Both the position numbers and the translations under genes were made by a program. DNA of 64,000 bases from Patescibacteria group bacterium (GTDB taxonomy: Bacteria > Patescibacteriota > Patescibacteriia > Buchananbacterales > UBA6539). Shown one piece after another: positions 1 through 9,943 of the stretch. The DNA lies in assembly GCA_028688055.1 (NCBI GenBank), contig JAQTYZ010000005.1, positions 8,634 through 72,633 on the forward strand, in the 5' to 3' direction. Under the pieces are notes generated by a model that had not been told where the DNA came from, did no database searches, and worked only from the letters and a program-made list of their open reading frames with translations. Position 1 is the stretch's first letter. The number at the start of each line of letters is the position of its first letter.

Positions 1-690
1 AAGGATTATGTAACCGAAGAAGTAGTTACGCCGGTTTTAAAAGGGGTTGGTTTTAATATTGATGAAGGTGAGTTTGTGGCGATTATGGGGCCGTCGGGTT
101 CGGGTAAATCAACGTTGATGCATATTTTGGGTTTTTTAGATCGCTTAACTAGCGGCGTTTACGAGTTCGAAGACAAAAATATTTCCGAGTTTTCCGACGA
201 TCAGTTGGCCAAATTGCGCAATCGGAAAGTCGGCTTTGTTTTTCAAAGTTATAATTTATTGCCGCGGACAACAGTGCTGGAAAATGTAAAATTGCCGCTG
301 ACTTATTCGGGTATGCCTCTTAAAGAAATGGATGAAGTGGTAAAAAAAGCGGTGGAGTCGGTTGGTTTAACCCATCGTTTGAATTTTTTATCCAATCAAC
401 TCTCCGGTGGCGAACAACAGCGGGTGGCGATTGCCCGAGCGCTGGTTAATGATCCGAAAGTTATTTTTGCCGACGAGCCAACAGGCAATCTTGATTCCAA
501 ATCCGGCACCCAAGTGATGGCCATTTTGGAAGCGCTTAATAGTTCGGGACATACGATTGTGCTAGTCACGCACGAGCAAGACACCGCCGAGCACGCGAAG
601 CGAATTATTCGCGTTCGGGATGGTGTCATTGAATCTGATCAAATGGTGGTAAATCGCCGTTCCGCCAAAGACGGCGAATTGCGAAAATAG
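1..690 (+). CDS. ABC transporter ATP-binding protein, MacB/LolD family (5'-truncated by window edge)
   Basis: Frame is open from base 1 ([18 protein letters not shown]...); Walker A GPSGSGKS, signature LSGGEQQR, Walker [13 protein letters not shown]-loop VTHE. Confidence 0.95.
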   Translation, partial: KDYVTEEVVTPVLKGVGFNIDEGEFVAIMGPSGSGKSTLMHILGFLDRLTSGVYEFEDKNISEFSDDQLAKLRNRKVGFVFQSYNLLPRTTVLENVKLPLTYSGMPLKEMDEVVKKAVESVGLTHRLNFLSNQLSGGEQQRVAIARALVNDPKVIFADEPTGNLDSKSGTQVMAILEALNSSGHTIVLVTHEQDTAEHAKRIIRVRDGVIESDQMVVNRRSAKDGELRK

Positions 691-693
691 TTT

Positions 694-1935
694 ATGATTA
701 TTCAGTCGATTAAAACGGCGGTGGTTTATTTGGCCTCACGAAAATTGAGGTCATTTTTGACAATGTTGGGGATGATCATTGGGATTTCGTCAGTCATTAT
801 TATTATGTCAATTGGCGCGTCAGCGCAAGGACTAATTGTCAATCAAATTAAAAGTGTTGGTTCAAATTTAATTGGCGTTTTGCCCGGGGCCTCTGATGAA
901 AACGGTCCGCCGGCCACCGCGATGGGGATAACGGTCACAACTTTGAAATATGAAGACGCTTTGGCTTTAGCCCAAAAACAAAATGTGCCACACGCCGAGG
1001 CGGTGGCTAGTTACGTCAAAGGCGTTGGCACGGTGACTTGGCAGGAAAATGTCGGCGTTGACACCAATATCACGGGAACAACGGCAAGCTATACTGAAGT
1101 TGAGGACGCCGAAGTAGCGGCGGGAAGATTTTTTTCCAACGATGAGGAAAAAACCATTTCACGCATTGTGGTTTTAGGTTCTCAGGTGGCCCAAGATTTG
1201 TTTGGTAATACCGACCCAATCGGTCAGACGATTAAAATTAAACGCGAAAGCTTTAAGGTTATCGGCGTGATGATCGAGCGCGGTTCGGTGGCTTTTCAAA
1301 ATCAAGATGATCAAGTTTTTATTCCGCTCGTGACTGCCCAAAAATTGTTATTTGGCATCAACCATTTGGGTTTTCTGCGCGTGAAAGTCAGTGACACCAA
1401 ATATTTAGACCAAACCGTTGAAGATATTAAAGCGACGTTACGCGAGCGGCATAATATTAACAATCCGGCTGATGATGATTTTTCAGTACGCAACGTTCAG
1501 CAAGCGTTAGATGTTTTGACCGGCGTCACCAACGCTTTGAAGTTTTTCTTAGCCGCCATCGCGGCGATTGCGTTGGTTGTCGGTGGCGTCGGTATTATGA
1601 ATATTATGTTAGTGGCAGTCAACGAACGCATTAGAGAAATTGGTTTGCGTAAAGCGGTGGGGGCGACGCGTTCAAATATTCTAACGCAGTTTTTAATTGA
1701 AACAGCCGTGTTAGCCTTGGGCGGCGGCATCATCGGCACTATTATTGGTGCGGGCGTTTCAGGGTTAATCGCGGTGGGGGCAGTTTATTTGGGTTATGAT
1801 TGGGGATTTATTGTGACCCCAAGTTCAATATTTTTAGCCGCCGGCGTTTCAATTGCCATTGGACTAACTTTTGGCATCTATCCGGCTTATAAGGCGGCCA
1901 AACTCGATCCAATTAGCGCGCTTCGTTATGAATAA
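694..1935 (+). CDS. MacB-like ABC permease (MacB periplasmic core plus FtsX domain)
   Basis: RSFLTMLGMIIG N-terminal TM, GRFF motif, GGVGIMNIMLVAVNERIREIGLRKAVGA, C-terminal PAYKAAKLDPISALRYE. Confidence 0.93.
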   Translation: MIIQSIKTAVVYLASRKLRSFLTMLGMIIGISSVIIIMSIGASAQGLIVNQIKSVGSNLIGVLPGASDENGPPATAMGITVTTLKYEDALALAQKQNVPHAEAVASYVKGVGTVTWQENVGVDTNITGTTASYTEVEDAEVAAGRFFSNDEEKTISRIVVLGSQVAQDLFGNTDPIGQTIKIKRESFKVIGVMIERGSVAFQNQDDQVFIPLVTAQKLLFGINHLGFLRVKVSDTKYLDQTVEDIKATLRERHNINNPADDDFSVRNVQQALDVLTGVTNALKFFLAAIAAIALVVGGVGIMNIMLVAVNERIREIGLRKAVGATRSNILTQFLIETAVLALGGGIIGTIIGAGVSGLIAVGAVYLGYDWGFIVTPSSIFLAAGVSIAIGLTFGIYPAYKAAKLDPISALRYE

Positions 1936-3184
1936 ATTTGATTTTAAAAATTTAAAGATTGCGTTTAAATCATTGCGTCGCGATAAAACTAGAACGATGC
2001 TGACGGTTTTAGGTATTGTCATTGGTATTGCAGCGGTGATTACGGTGATATCGGCTGGTAATGGTTTAAAATCTTACGTCACTGATCAAATCAACACTTT
2101 TGGTACTGATACGGTGGAAGTTGAAATTAAAGTGCCTAATACCAGTAAGACTTCCTCTTCTAACGCCGCCGGTATTGCCGAGGGCATCCAAATTACCACC
2201 TTGACGGAAGGCGATGCTGAGGCCATAAAAAAGTTGCCTAATGTCACTAATGATTACGGTTTTATTATGGGTCAGGATGTTGTTTCATACGGGTCGGAGC
2301 ACAAACAAATTTTACTGTGGGGCTCCAACGCCTCGTTTATTGATATTGACGCGTCAACCGTCGCAGTCGGCCGATTTTTTTCCGACGAAGAGGATAAGAG
2401 TTTAGCCGAAGTAGTTGTTTTAGGAACAACAGTCAAAGAAAAATTATTTGGTGACGGTGACGCGCTTAACCAAATGATTAAAATTGGCAACAATAAATTT
2501 CGCGTCATCGGCGTGATGTCCAAGCGCGGTTCAATCGCTTTTTTTGATATGGATAATTTGATCTATCTGCCGCTGCGGACCTTGCAGAAAAAGATTATGG
2601 GCGTTGATCATCTCACGGCGATTTTTTTGAAAGTGGCCAAGACAAATATTTCTGACCAAACGGCGGATGACATCACGGCCTTATTGCGCGACCGACACGA
2701 TATTACGGATCCGAAAAAAGATGACTTTAGCGTTACCACGATGGCCGAAGCCCTAAGTATTTATAATACGATATTTGGCGCGATTGGATTATTACTTAGT
2801 GCCATTGCTGGCATTTCACTGGTGGTCGGTGGCGTTGGCATTATGAATATTATGTACGTTTCGGTAACAGAAAGAACTTATGAGATTGGTTTACGAAAAT
2901 CGGTCGGCGCGACCCAGCATAATATTTTGTGGCAATTTTTGTGGGAAGCTATTTTAATAACGTTACTTGGCGCCGTGATTGGTTTTGTCATCGGTACGGC
3001 GCTGTCGTTTTTGATTTCAGTTATTGCCGCGACGCAAGGGATTGCTTGGGCATTCTCCGTTTCCTTAACATCACTCATTTTAGCCGGTGGCGTTTCGCTG
3101 GTAATTGGACTAGTCTTCGGCGTTTTTCCGGCTTTAACCGCGTCAAAACTTGACCCCGTTACCGCCTTGCGATACTCTAAGTAA
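1928..3184 (+). CDS. Second MacB-like ABC permease (tandem paralog)
   Basis: Same motifs (GGVGIMNIMYVSVTERTYEIGLRKSVGA; LDPVTALR); start moved to ATG 1928, overlapping the end of the previous gene. Confidence 0.92.
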   Translation: MNKFDFKNLKIAFKSLRRDKTRTMLTVLGIVIGIAAVITVISAGNGLKSYVTDQINTFGTDTVEVEIKVPNTSKTSSSNAAGIAEGIQITTLTEGDAEAIKKLPNVTNDYGFIMGQDVVSYGSEHKQILLWGSNASFIDIDASTVAVGRFFSDEEDKSLAEVVVLGTTVKEKLFGDGDALNQMIKIGNNKFRVIGVMSKRGSIAFFDMDNLIYLPLRTLQKKIMGVDHLTAIFLKVAKTNISDQTADDITALLRDRHDITDPKKDDFSVTTMAEALSIYNTIFGAIGLLLSAIAGISLVVGGVGIMNIMYVSVTERTYEIGLRKSVGATQHNILWQFLWEAILITLLGAVIGFVIGTALSFLISVIAATQGIAWAFSVSLTSLILAGGVSLVIGLVFGVFPALTASKLDPVTALRYSK

Positions 3185-3214
3185 AACTGTTTTAGGAAGA
3201 GCAGGAGGTGAGCA

Positions 3215-3655
3215 ATGAGGAGGTTGATCTTATTAGTAATGGTGGTCGCGGTCGGCTATTGGCTTTTGCATTCGTATCCCAAAAGGGCCGAATATGAAAC
3301 AATTGTCGCCGCTCAGTCCGTTGCCGCTGATTCGGTAGTTGACACGCGCGATGTTTTTCGCGAGTCGATCCACGTGGTGATGTTCTACGCCAAGTCTGGT
3401 GCAGCCCTAATTTTCGTGCTGGTGCTGGTCGTTTTTCTAACCATCCGAACCGATTTCAGCGATGACTTAATGGCTTCATCTTGGGAGCGAATGGTCGAAG
3501 CAATTAGTCAGTTGCAGCTAGAAAAATTGGCGAGGCCAATAAGCGAGCGGCTGGCAAGACAGACCGATGGTGCGCCAGCGTACAAAAAAATGTTGGCCAA
3601 GTGGCGCGAAGAGTTGGGACTACCCAAGGCTGATGACGATGACAAGGCGGAGTAA
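3215..3655 (+). CDS. Orphan membrane protein (signal/TM plus second TM)
   Basis: 146-aa ORF, strong SD AGGAGGTGA ending 3 nt before ATG, two hydrophobic segments, GC-richer than its flanks. Confidence 0.7.
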   Translation: MRRLILLVMVVAVGYWLLHSYPKRAEYETIVAAQSVAADSVVDTRDVFRESIHVVMFYAKSGAALIFVLVLVVFLTIRTDFSDDLMASSWERMVEAISQLQLEKLARPISERLARQTDGAPAYKKMLAKWREELGLPKADDDDKAE

Positions 3656-3667
3656 CATTCGCCTTTT

Positions 3668-4048
3668 TTAATTAAGGCAGGATTTTGTTTTGAGATAATC
3701 AACGGGTGTCGGTATCGCTCCATTGATAATTTCAGTTGTTCGTGCTTCGCCTAAATTATTAATAAAGCATTGCTGCATTTTCGGGCTAATGGTTGAAGGC
3801 AGTTTGGTGGGATCAATACCAAGCGCTTTGAGGGCTTGGGCTTGTTGAGGCGATATTTTATAATTTCTTGTTTCAGTTGGCGTTGTCGTGGCGGTGTTGG
3901 TATTGACTGAAATGGCGCTAGGGTAAAATAGCGGTTTAAGGCCAAAGGGATCGGCAATAAATAAATAAGTCAGGATGATAATCATGGCCAAAAACATAAT
4001 GCCGAGGGCGACAAAAATAATATTGAGTATTTTGAGTAATTTGTGCAT
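3668..4048 (-). CDS. Hypothetical membrane-anchored protein
   Basis: N-terminal TM, Thr-rich linker, C-terminal domain with two Cys; directly downstream of 4058-5119. Confidence 0.75.
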   Translation of the reverse strand: MHKLLKILNIIFVALGIMFLAMIIILTYLFIADPFGLKPLFYPSAISVNTNTATTTPTETRNYKISPQQAQALKALGIDPTKLPSTISPKMQQCFINNLGEARTTEIINGAIPTPVDYLKTKSCLN

Positions 4049-4057
4049 ATTTTTTAT

Positions 4058-5119
4058 TTAATTATTGAAAAAAATTGGAATCTCCAGCGCGGCGTCATTT
4101 TGGGGCAAGCCGGACGGATTGTCTTTTTTTAAAATTAGACTGCCTCTGACGCCGTAAGCAGGCTGATCAAATGTTAGGGTTGCTTCAAAGGGTACAAAGT
4201 CAGTGGTCATCCAATCACCTTTGGCTTGGGCAACTCCTTGAGCAATAATTTTGCCGTCCCAGTCGGTTAAAATTACCGGAAATGAGGCTTCAAAAAACCA
4301 ATTGCCACGCGCGGTGCCCGACACGATCAGCGGTGATGAAATAGTTTGGGCGACCGCCGGCGTTTTAAGTTTGATTAAATCGGTTTGGTAGCTAATTTCT
4401 TTAAGCTGATTTTCTTCAACGCCAAAATATTTTGAAACCGCAATTGACGGTTGGGTGGTCATTGGTTCACCCGGCGCTCGTTCCGCATAGTTGGTGATAA
4501 TAAGATTATTTTTAACTTCACTACTTTGCGGGGCAATCCGATCACCCAATAGGATAGCATTGGTGCCAATAAAACTAGTAGTGGAAGAAAGTGAGACGGC
4601 AAGATAGAAAAATGTTCCATTGCCGCCGTCGGTTTGGTCGAGAATAACTATTTTGTCCGGCAGATTATCTTCATTTAAATCAGCGACAGTAGTGGTCGAA
4701 AAAACTTTGGTTATTTTTTGTTCTAAGGAGTTAGCGCTAGCCGTTTCCGAAATGCCATTAATTAAAGTAATCTTTTCGTTAGCAATCGTATATTCGATTA
4801 CTTCCGGTGTTGCTGTCTTGCTAGCATTATTAAATTTGCATACGGGGATGCATTGTTGAATACACATTCCATGATTTGGGTCGTGACGACAAGCGGATTC
4901 ACATTCGAAAAAAGTGCCACCATTTTGTTCGCACCAATGCTGGCTGGTATGTTCACATTCTTGAAAATTTTCGAGCCAGATACCTTTATTATTTTGGCAA
5001 TTTTCGCTAATACTAATTCTATCGTCAGCGGGCCGTTGGCTGGAGATGATGAAAAACGAGGTGGTAGCTATTAGCAATAAAACAATAATAATTACGATAA
5101 GGTAAATATTTTTTTTCAT
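4058..5119 (-). CDS. Membrane-anchored protein with a Cys-rich module and a C-terminal Gmad2 immunoglobulin-like domain
   Basis: TM; 8-Cys segment CQNNKG...ECESACRH...CIQQCIPVC; SPLIVSGTARGNWFFEASFPV...DWMTTDFVPF, typical of Gmad2. Confidence 0.8.
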   Translation of the reverse strand: MKKNIYLIVIIIVLLLIATTSFFIISSQRPADDRISISENCQNNKGIWLENFQECEHTSQHWCEQNGGTFFECESACRHDPNHGMCIQQCIPVCKFNNASKTATPEVIEYTIANEKITLINGISETASANSLEQKITKVFSTTTVADLNEDNLPDKIVILDQTDGGNGTFFYLAVSLSSTTSFIGTNAILLGDRIAPQSSEVKNNLIITNYAERAPGEPMTTQPSIAVSKYFGVEENQLKEISYQTDLIKLKTPAVAQTISSPLIVSGTARGNWFFEASFPVILTDWDGKIIAQGVAQAKGDWMTTDFVPFEATLTFDQPAYGVRGSLILKKDNPSGLPQNDAALEIPIFFNN

Positions 5120-5183
5120 CCGACGCTTGGGTTATAAGCTTTTTTATTATACGATAAATTCTTTAAAATGTAACGTTTTTTTT

Positions 5184-5214
5184 AAAAAAAATCACCCCCG
5201 GTGGTAAGAGGTGA
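5184..5214 (-). terminator. Intrinsic terminator downstream of the CYTH gene
   Basis: Minus strand TCACCTCT-taccacc-GGGGGTGA followed by T8. Confidence 0.65.
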
Positions 5215-5238
5215 ATGCTGCGAATTGATTGGTGTTTT

Positions 5239-5970
5239 TTAGACATGGTGGCTTCGCAGGATACCGGCAATGTCGACGATCCGCGGAAATGAAATCCATC
5301 TCGAATGGAGTGGGTCAAGTCCGCCGCAATGAACGAAGTAGAGTCGATCCGACCAAGTTGAGGTTTGGTCTTCACCAAAGCCCAATTCGGCGACAACACG
5401 ATAAACGTCAGCGGTGTTGTCGGATTCGATCTCTGCAAACGGCAAGCCGTAGGGCCCAATTTGAAAGTCAATGTGGACGCCACCGAGATCAAACGATCGA
5501 CGAAGTTTTTCGTTGCTCGATTTATGAAATAGGCCAATTTCGAGCAACATGGTTTTGAACCAGGCAAGGTGTGTGGTTTCCAACTCAATCTCGCGGCGAC
5601 GGTCGATTTCGGCATTTTTTTCACGCCGGTCTTTGACCGTGAAAAACTGCCTAGTACCATCATGGCGAAGACGAACGGATACTTTTGGCATTTCCATTGG
5701 CCGAATGGCGGTTAAACAGCCTGACATTAGTTCGACGTTCGTGAGCCCACAAAAAGTGAGCATCTCGATCAGTTTTTCTCCGTCACAGAAGTCTGGTGGT
5801 AAAGTCAGTCTGACTTCCATAGCTTTGGCCAAACCTTTGATTGGGGCAAAGGACTCGTCCGATAGCAACCGCCAAGGTTGTGTTTCGACGGCCTGCAACT
5901 CACCAAGCCGGGTCAAAAATGACGTCGGATCAGTAATGTTAATGATCTTGAGCTCCACCTCAATTATCAT
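5239..5970 (-). CDS. CYTH/CyaB-like triphosphate tunnel metalloenzyme with an internal insertion
   Basis: N-terminal ExExK (IEVELK), VRLR, REIELE, EKLRRSF, AEIES; SD AAGGAGGTG. Confidence 0.8.
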   Translation of the reverse strand: MIIEVELKIINITDPTSFLTRLGELQAVETQPWRLLSDESFAPIKGLAKAMEVRLTLPPDFCDGEKLIEMLTFCGLTNVELMSGCLTAIRPMEMPKVSVRLRHDGTRQFFTVKDRREKNAEIDRRREIELETTHLAWFKTMLLEIGLFHKSSNEKLRRSFDLGGVHIDFQIGPYGLPFAEIESDNTADVYRVVAELGFGEDQTSTWSDRLYFVHCGGLDPLHSRWISFPRIVDIAGILRSHHV

Positions 5971-6050
5971 GACACCTCCTTGTCTTAAGTAATCACATTA
6001 TCGGTGAGCTTGCTATTTTTTCATATTTTGGTAGCGCTGTCAATTTTGTC

Positions 6051-6079
6051 TTGACATTTTAAAGAATTTACATTATATT
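6051..6079 (+). promoter_or_regulatory. Sigma70-type promoter for rpsB-tsf
   Basis: TTGACA-17 nt-TATATT. Confidence 0.65.
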
Positions 6080-6100
6080 ATACTTATTATTAATAAAGCA

Positions 6101-6183
6101 TATCGTGTTAAGTCTAGTCGATCCTCCCCGAATGGGGCCGGCTAGATACGATAGGTGATCTCGGTTGCTCAAACTACCGGGAT
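6101..6183 (+). promoter_or_regulatory. Structured rpsB 5' leader (candidate S2 autogenous control element)
   Basis: Nested stems TATCGTG/TACGATA, TCTAGTCG/CGGCTAGA and CCCC-gaat-GGGG, then hairpin ATCTCGGT/ACCGGGAT. Confidence 0.6.
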
Positions 6184-6200
6184 AAAAAAGGAAACAATTT

Positions 6201-6923
6201 ATGCCTCAGGTACCTGATTTAATGACGATGCTTAAGTCTGGCGTCCATTTTGGCCACCAGGTTTCGCGGCGTCATCCGAAAATGAAGCCTTATATTTTCA
6301 CTTCGAAAAGCGGCTTTCATATTATTAATCTTGAACAAACTCAAGCCAAACTAGCCGAAGCAATGGCTTTTGTCTCAAAAATTGCCACTAATGGTGGAAC
6401 AATTTTGTTTTTGGGTACTAAAAAACAAGCCCAGCAAATTATCAAGCAAGCAGCCATCGATTGCGGGATGCCCTATATCACTGAACGTTGGCTGGGGGGC
6501 AGTTTTACTAATTTTACCGAAATTCATAAGTTGTCAAAGAAGTTTACGGACTTAAAAAAACGTAAGGTAACCGGTCAACTCGAAAAGTACACCAAAAAAG
6601 AAAAATTGGAATTTGACCGAGAGATTGAAAAGCTCGAAGCCATTGTCGGTGGTATTGAAAATATGAACAAAATTCCGGATGCGATTTTTGTTTGTGATGT
6701 GAAAAAAGAAAAAACGGCTGTGGGCGAAGCGGTGAAAAGAAATATTCCCGTCATTGCTATGTGCGATACTAATGTCAATCCAGCCAATATCAATTATCCG
6801 ATTCCGGCCAATGATGATGCCATTAAGTCGCTCGGGCTGATCATTAATCTGATCAGCGAAGCGGTCAATGAAGGTTTGAAAGCCAGGGTTGATAAAAGTG
6901 AAGCAGTCAAACCAGTAAAATAA
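6201..6923 (+). CDS. rpsB: 30S ribosomal protein S2
   Basis: GVHFGHQ, ILFLGTKKQA, ERWLGG, IPANDDA. Confidence 0.98.
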   Translation: MPQVPDLMTMLKSGVHFGHQVSRRHPKMKPYIFTSKSGFHIINLEQTQAKLAEAMAFVSKIATNGGTILFLGTKKQAQQIIKQAAIDCGMPYITERWLGGSFTNFTEIHKLSKKFTDLKKRKVTGQLEKYTKKEKLEFDREIEKLEAIVGGIENMNKIPDAIFVCDVKKEKTAVGEAVKRNIPVIAMCDTNVNPANINYPIPANDDAIKSLGLIINLISEAVNEGLKARVDKSEAVKPVK

Positions 6924-6946
6924 AAATAATATTAAGTGAAACAACT

Positions 6947-7537
6947 ATGGCCATTGATACCAAATTAATAACGCAATTAAGAGAATTGACCGGCGCCGGT
7001 GTTGCTGATTGTAAAGTAGCCTTGGAAGAAGCTGGTACGGACATTCAGAAGGCAATCGAAATTCTTAGAAAAAAAGGTGCCACTAAGGCGGCTAAAAAAA
7101 TAGCCGAGCGTACCGCCACCGAAGGGATCATTGATTCTTATATCCATGCCAACGGTAAAATTGGGGTTTTGATTCAAGTAAGTTGCGAAACCGATTTCGT
7201 TGCTCGTAATGAAAAATTCAAAGAATTGGTTCACGACTTGGCAATTCAGATTGCCGGCGCTGGTGCTAGTTACTTAAATACTGAAGACGTGCCCGCCGAA
7301 GAAATTGAGAAAGAAAAGGAAATCTATCGAGCCTTGTTAAAAAAAGAGGGCAAGCCGGAAAATATGATTGATAAAATTATGGCCGGCAAGTTGGAAAAAT
7401 ATTACGAACAAGTTTGTTTACTGAAGCAGTCGTTTATCAAAGACGACAGCGTAAAGATTGAAGACCTAATAAAAAACAGCATTGCGACGATGGGTGAGAA
7501 AATTGAGGTGGTACGTTTCGTTCGATATCAAATTTAA
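6947..7537 (+). CDS. tsf: Elongation factor Ts (short form)
   Basis: LRELTGAGVADCKVAL, CETDFVA, RFVRYQI; follows rpsB. Confidence 0.97.
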   Translation: MAIDTKLITQLRELTGAGVADCKVALEEAGTDIQKAIEILRKKGATKAAKKIAERTATEGIIDSYIHANGKIGVLIQVSCETDFVARNEKFKELVHDLAIQIAGAGASYLNTEDVPAEEIEKEKEIYRALLKKEGKPENMIDKIMAGKLEKYYEQVCLLKQSFIKDDSVKIEDLIKNSIATMGEKIEVVRFVRYQI

Positions 7538-7547
7538 TTTTGGAGCT

Positions 7548-7991
7548 ATGACAAAAAAAATAGTTTTTTTTTCCGCCATCTTTTTGCTAGCTTTTAGCCT
7601 AGTGGCCTGCACGCCCAAAAAACCGATGGTTGATAATGTTAACCAGTCTCAAGCTGATGGCGTTAAGGAAACGGGGAGCGTGATTGACGTGTCTGATAAA
7701 AATGGGCAAACAATCGCGGCGAAGATTGGCGATGTTATCTACTTTAAGTTGACTGGTCAAGCGGCCAGCGGAAATCAATGGACGGTGGTGAAACCAGTAA
7801 GCGGTGATGCTATTTTATTGAAGGATCACCGAGCCACCGATATTAACAATCCCCAAGCGCCCAATGGTGAATTTACTGACGAGTGGTGGATAAAAATCGA
7901 AAAAAGTGGCACCATTGAGATGCAATTTGATTATGGTGTTTCAGGGAAAAAATCAACCAAATCATTCAAGCTCACCATTGATAGCCAATAA
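7548..7991 (+). CDS. Lipoprotein with a chagasin/I42 protease-inhibitor-like domain
   Basis: Lipobox LVAC after MTKKIVFF; NGQTIAAKIGDVIYFKL..QAASGNQW..EWW...SGTIEMQFDY resembles the I42 pattern (canonical NPTTGY is degenerate). Confidence 0.6.
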   Translation: MTKKIVFFSAIFLLAFSLVACTPKKPMVDNVNQSQADGVKETGSVIDVSDKNGQTIAAKIGDVIYFKLTGQAASGNQWTVVKPVSGDAILLKDHRATDINNPQAPNGEFTDEWWIKIEKSGTIEMQFDYGVSGKKSTKSFKLTIDSQ

Positions 7992-7993
7992 AA

Positions 7994-8833
7994 ATGAGTA
8001 ACTCAATAAAAATCGGACGATTGCTGACAGTGCTACTGTTGGTGACAGTGCCGATTTTTATTTTGTCTGGTTGTGCCAGGATTCAGCAAAAAAGTGAACC
8101 AATTGCTAATAATGTTAAGGTAAGTGATCTTCCTAAATCCGGACAAGTGAAGATAATTCAAAGTGATATAATCGTTGAACGGCCGCAGGCTAATCAAGTT
8201 ATCGAGAGCCCAGTTAACATCATTGGTGAAACCGTTGGCGGTATTAATCAAATTTATTTTCAGCTGCTGGATGCTTTTGATCGAGTCTTTGCGTCAAGTA
8301 CGGTGGAGATTAATGGTACTGGTTTTCAAGATTATTATAGTTATTTTTTAAAATTTAATCTTCCGCCCAGTCCTTATGGAAAATTGGAGGTCTTTAGCTT
8401 AGACCGCGCCGGGTTAAAAATCAATGTTCTGACTTTACCAGTCAGCTTTAAAAATTACCGCCCCCTTAAAGTTACGCTTTTTGAAAGTCGAACTGGTAAT
8501 AAAACAAATAATTGTTCCCAGGTTTATCCACTTGAGCGCGAGATACCTTTCGCCGCTGATTTATTTAAGGCCACCGTGGATGAACTATTAAAACCGCTTA
8601 CTCAAGAAGAAACGGCGCAAGGTTTTATTAATAATCTGCCGGCCGCTGATACTGCTTTAAATAAGTTAATTATTAAAGATGCAACCGCGACAGTTGATTT
8701 TGTTTATACCCCAAATAATAATATTAAGTTTGATCGTTGTCGTTTAAACGCCATTAGGGCACAGATTTCGGAAACAATAAAAACGATGGCCGCTGTCGAA
8801 CAAGTAATAATTTCGGTTAATGACAAACCGTAG
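7994..8833 (+). CDS. Lipoprotein with Gmad2-like and GerMN domains
   Basis: Lipobox LSGC; IVERPQANQVIESPVNIIG; ELLKPLT..ATVDF..C..IRAQISETIK..VEQVIISVN. Confidence 0.75.
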   Translation: MSNSIKIGRLLTVLLLVTVPIFILSGCARIQQKSEPIANNVKVSDLPKSGQVKIIQSDIIVERPQANQVIESPVNIIGETVGGINQIYFQLLDAFDRVFASSTVEINGTGFQDYYSYFLKFNLPPSPYGKLEVFSLDRAGLKINVLTLPVSFKNYRPLKVTLFESRTGNKTNNCSQVYPLEREIPFAADLFKATVDELLKPLTQEETAQGFINNLPAADTALNKLIIKDATATVDFVYTPNNNIKFDRCRLNAIRAQISETIKTMAAVEQVIISVNDKP

Positions 8834-8904
8834 CAAATATTTTTTTAGGTAATTATTTCGGCTCGTGGTATAATTAGCTTGTTAAAATAATAACGTCATT
8901 AAAT

Positions 8905-9918
8905 ATGGGTATAAAAATTGCGATTAATGGTTTTGGCCGAATTGGCCGAGCCGCTTTCAAAATTGCGTTGGCAAATAAAAAATTAGAAGTGGTGGCGATT
9001 AATGATTTAATGGACACCAAAACATTGGCTCACTTATTAAAGTACGATTCAGTTTATGGCCAATATCCACCTTCGATTTCGGCGACGAGCAACGGTATTA
9101 AAGTTAATGGCGTGGTTTATCCGGTTTATGCGGAAAAGGAGCCGGCCAAATTACCGTGGGCAAAACACGGCGTTGATGTTGTCTTAGAGTGCACCGGTTA
9201 TTTTACCAGCAAAGCCGGAGCGTCCGAACACCTTAAGGGTGGCGCAAAAAAAGTTGTCATTTCAGCACCGGCCAAAGACACTGCTACTCAGACTTTAGTT
9301 TTTGGAACAAAGTTTTCTAATGATTTAATCAAGCGAGGGAAGAGTGATGCGGTTGTCTCCAACGCATCATGTACGACCAATTGTATCTCGCCTGTGATGC
9401 AGGTTTTAGAATCGAAATTTGGTGTTGGAAAAGCAATGATGACAACGGTTCATTCTTATACCGCTGATCAAAATTTAGTTGATGGCCCTCATAAAGATCT
9501 CCGCCGCGCTCGCGCGGCCGCTCACAATATCGTGCCAACCACGACGGGAGCGGCGATTGCCACCACTGAAGTCGTGCCGAAGTTGAAAAATTTGTTTGAC
9601 GGTATCGCCATTCGGGTGCCAACTATTTGCGGTTCCTTGTCGGACATAACAGCAGTGGTGAAAAGAAAATCAGTTACTGTTGAAGAGATTAACCAGGAAT
9701 TTATCAAAGCGGCAAAGGATCCAATGTTTAAAAATATTTTGGCAGTTTCAACTAAGCCGTTAGTCTCCGGTGATTTTATCGGTACAAGCTATTCATCAAT
9801 TGTGGATTTAGAATTTACCCGCGTTGTTGGCGGGAATATGGTTAAGGTTTTAGCTTGGTATGATAATGAGTGGGGCTACAGCAATCGTTTAGTTGAGATG
9901 GCGGCAAATATTATTTAA
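8905..9918 (+). CDS. gap: Glyceraldehyde-3-phosphate dehydrogenase, type I
   Basis: INGFGRIGR, SNASCTTNC, WYDNEWGYS. Confidence 0.98.
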   Translation: MGIKIAINGFGRIGRAAFKIALANKKLEVVAINDLMDTKTLAHLLKYDSVYGQYPPSISATSNGIKVNGVVYPVYAEKEPAKLPWAKHGVDVVLECTGYFTSKAGASEHLKGGAKKVVISAPAKDTATQTLVFGTKFSNDLIKRGKSDAVVSNASCTTNCISPVMQVLESKFGVGKAMMTTVHSYTADQNLVDGPHKDLRRARAAAHNIVPTTTGAAIATTEVVPKLKNLFDGIAIRVPTICGSLSDITAVVKRKSVTVEEINQEFIKAAKDPMFKNILAVSTKPLVSGDFIGTSYSSIVDLEFTRVVGGNMVKVLAWYDNEWGYSNRLVEMAANII

Positions 9919-9943
9919 GTATTAACAATTAAATAAAAAAAAT

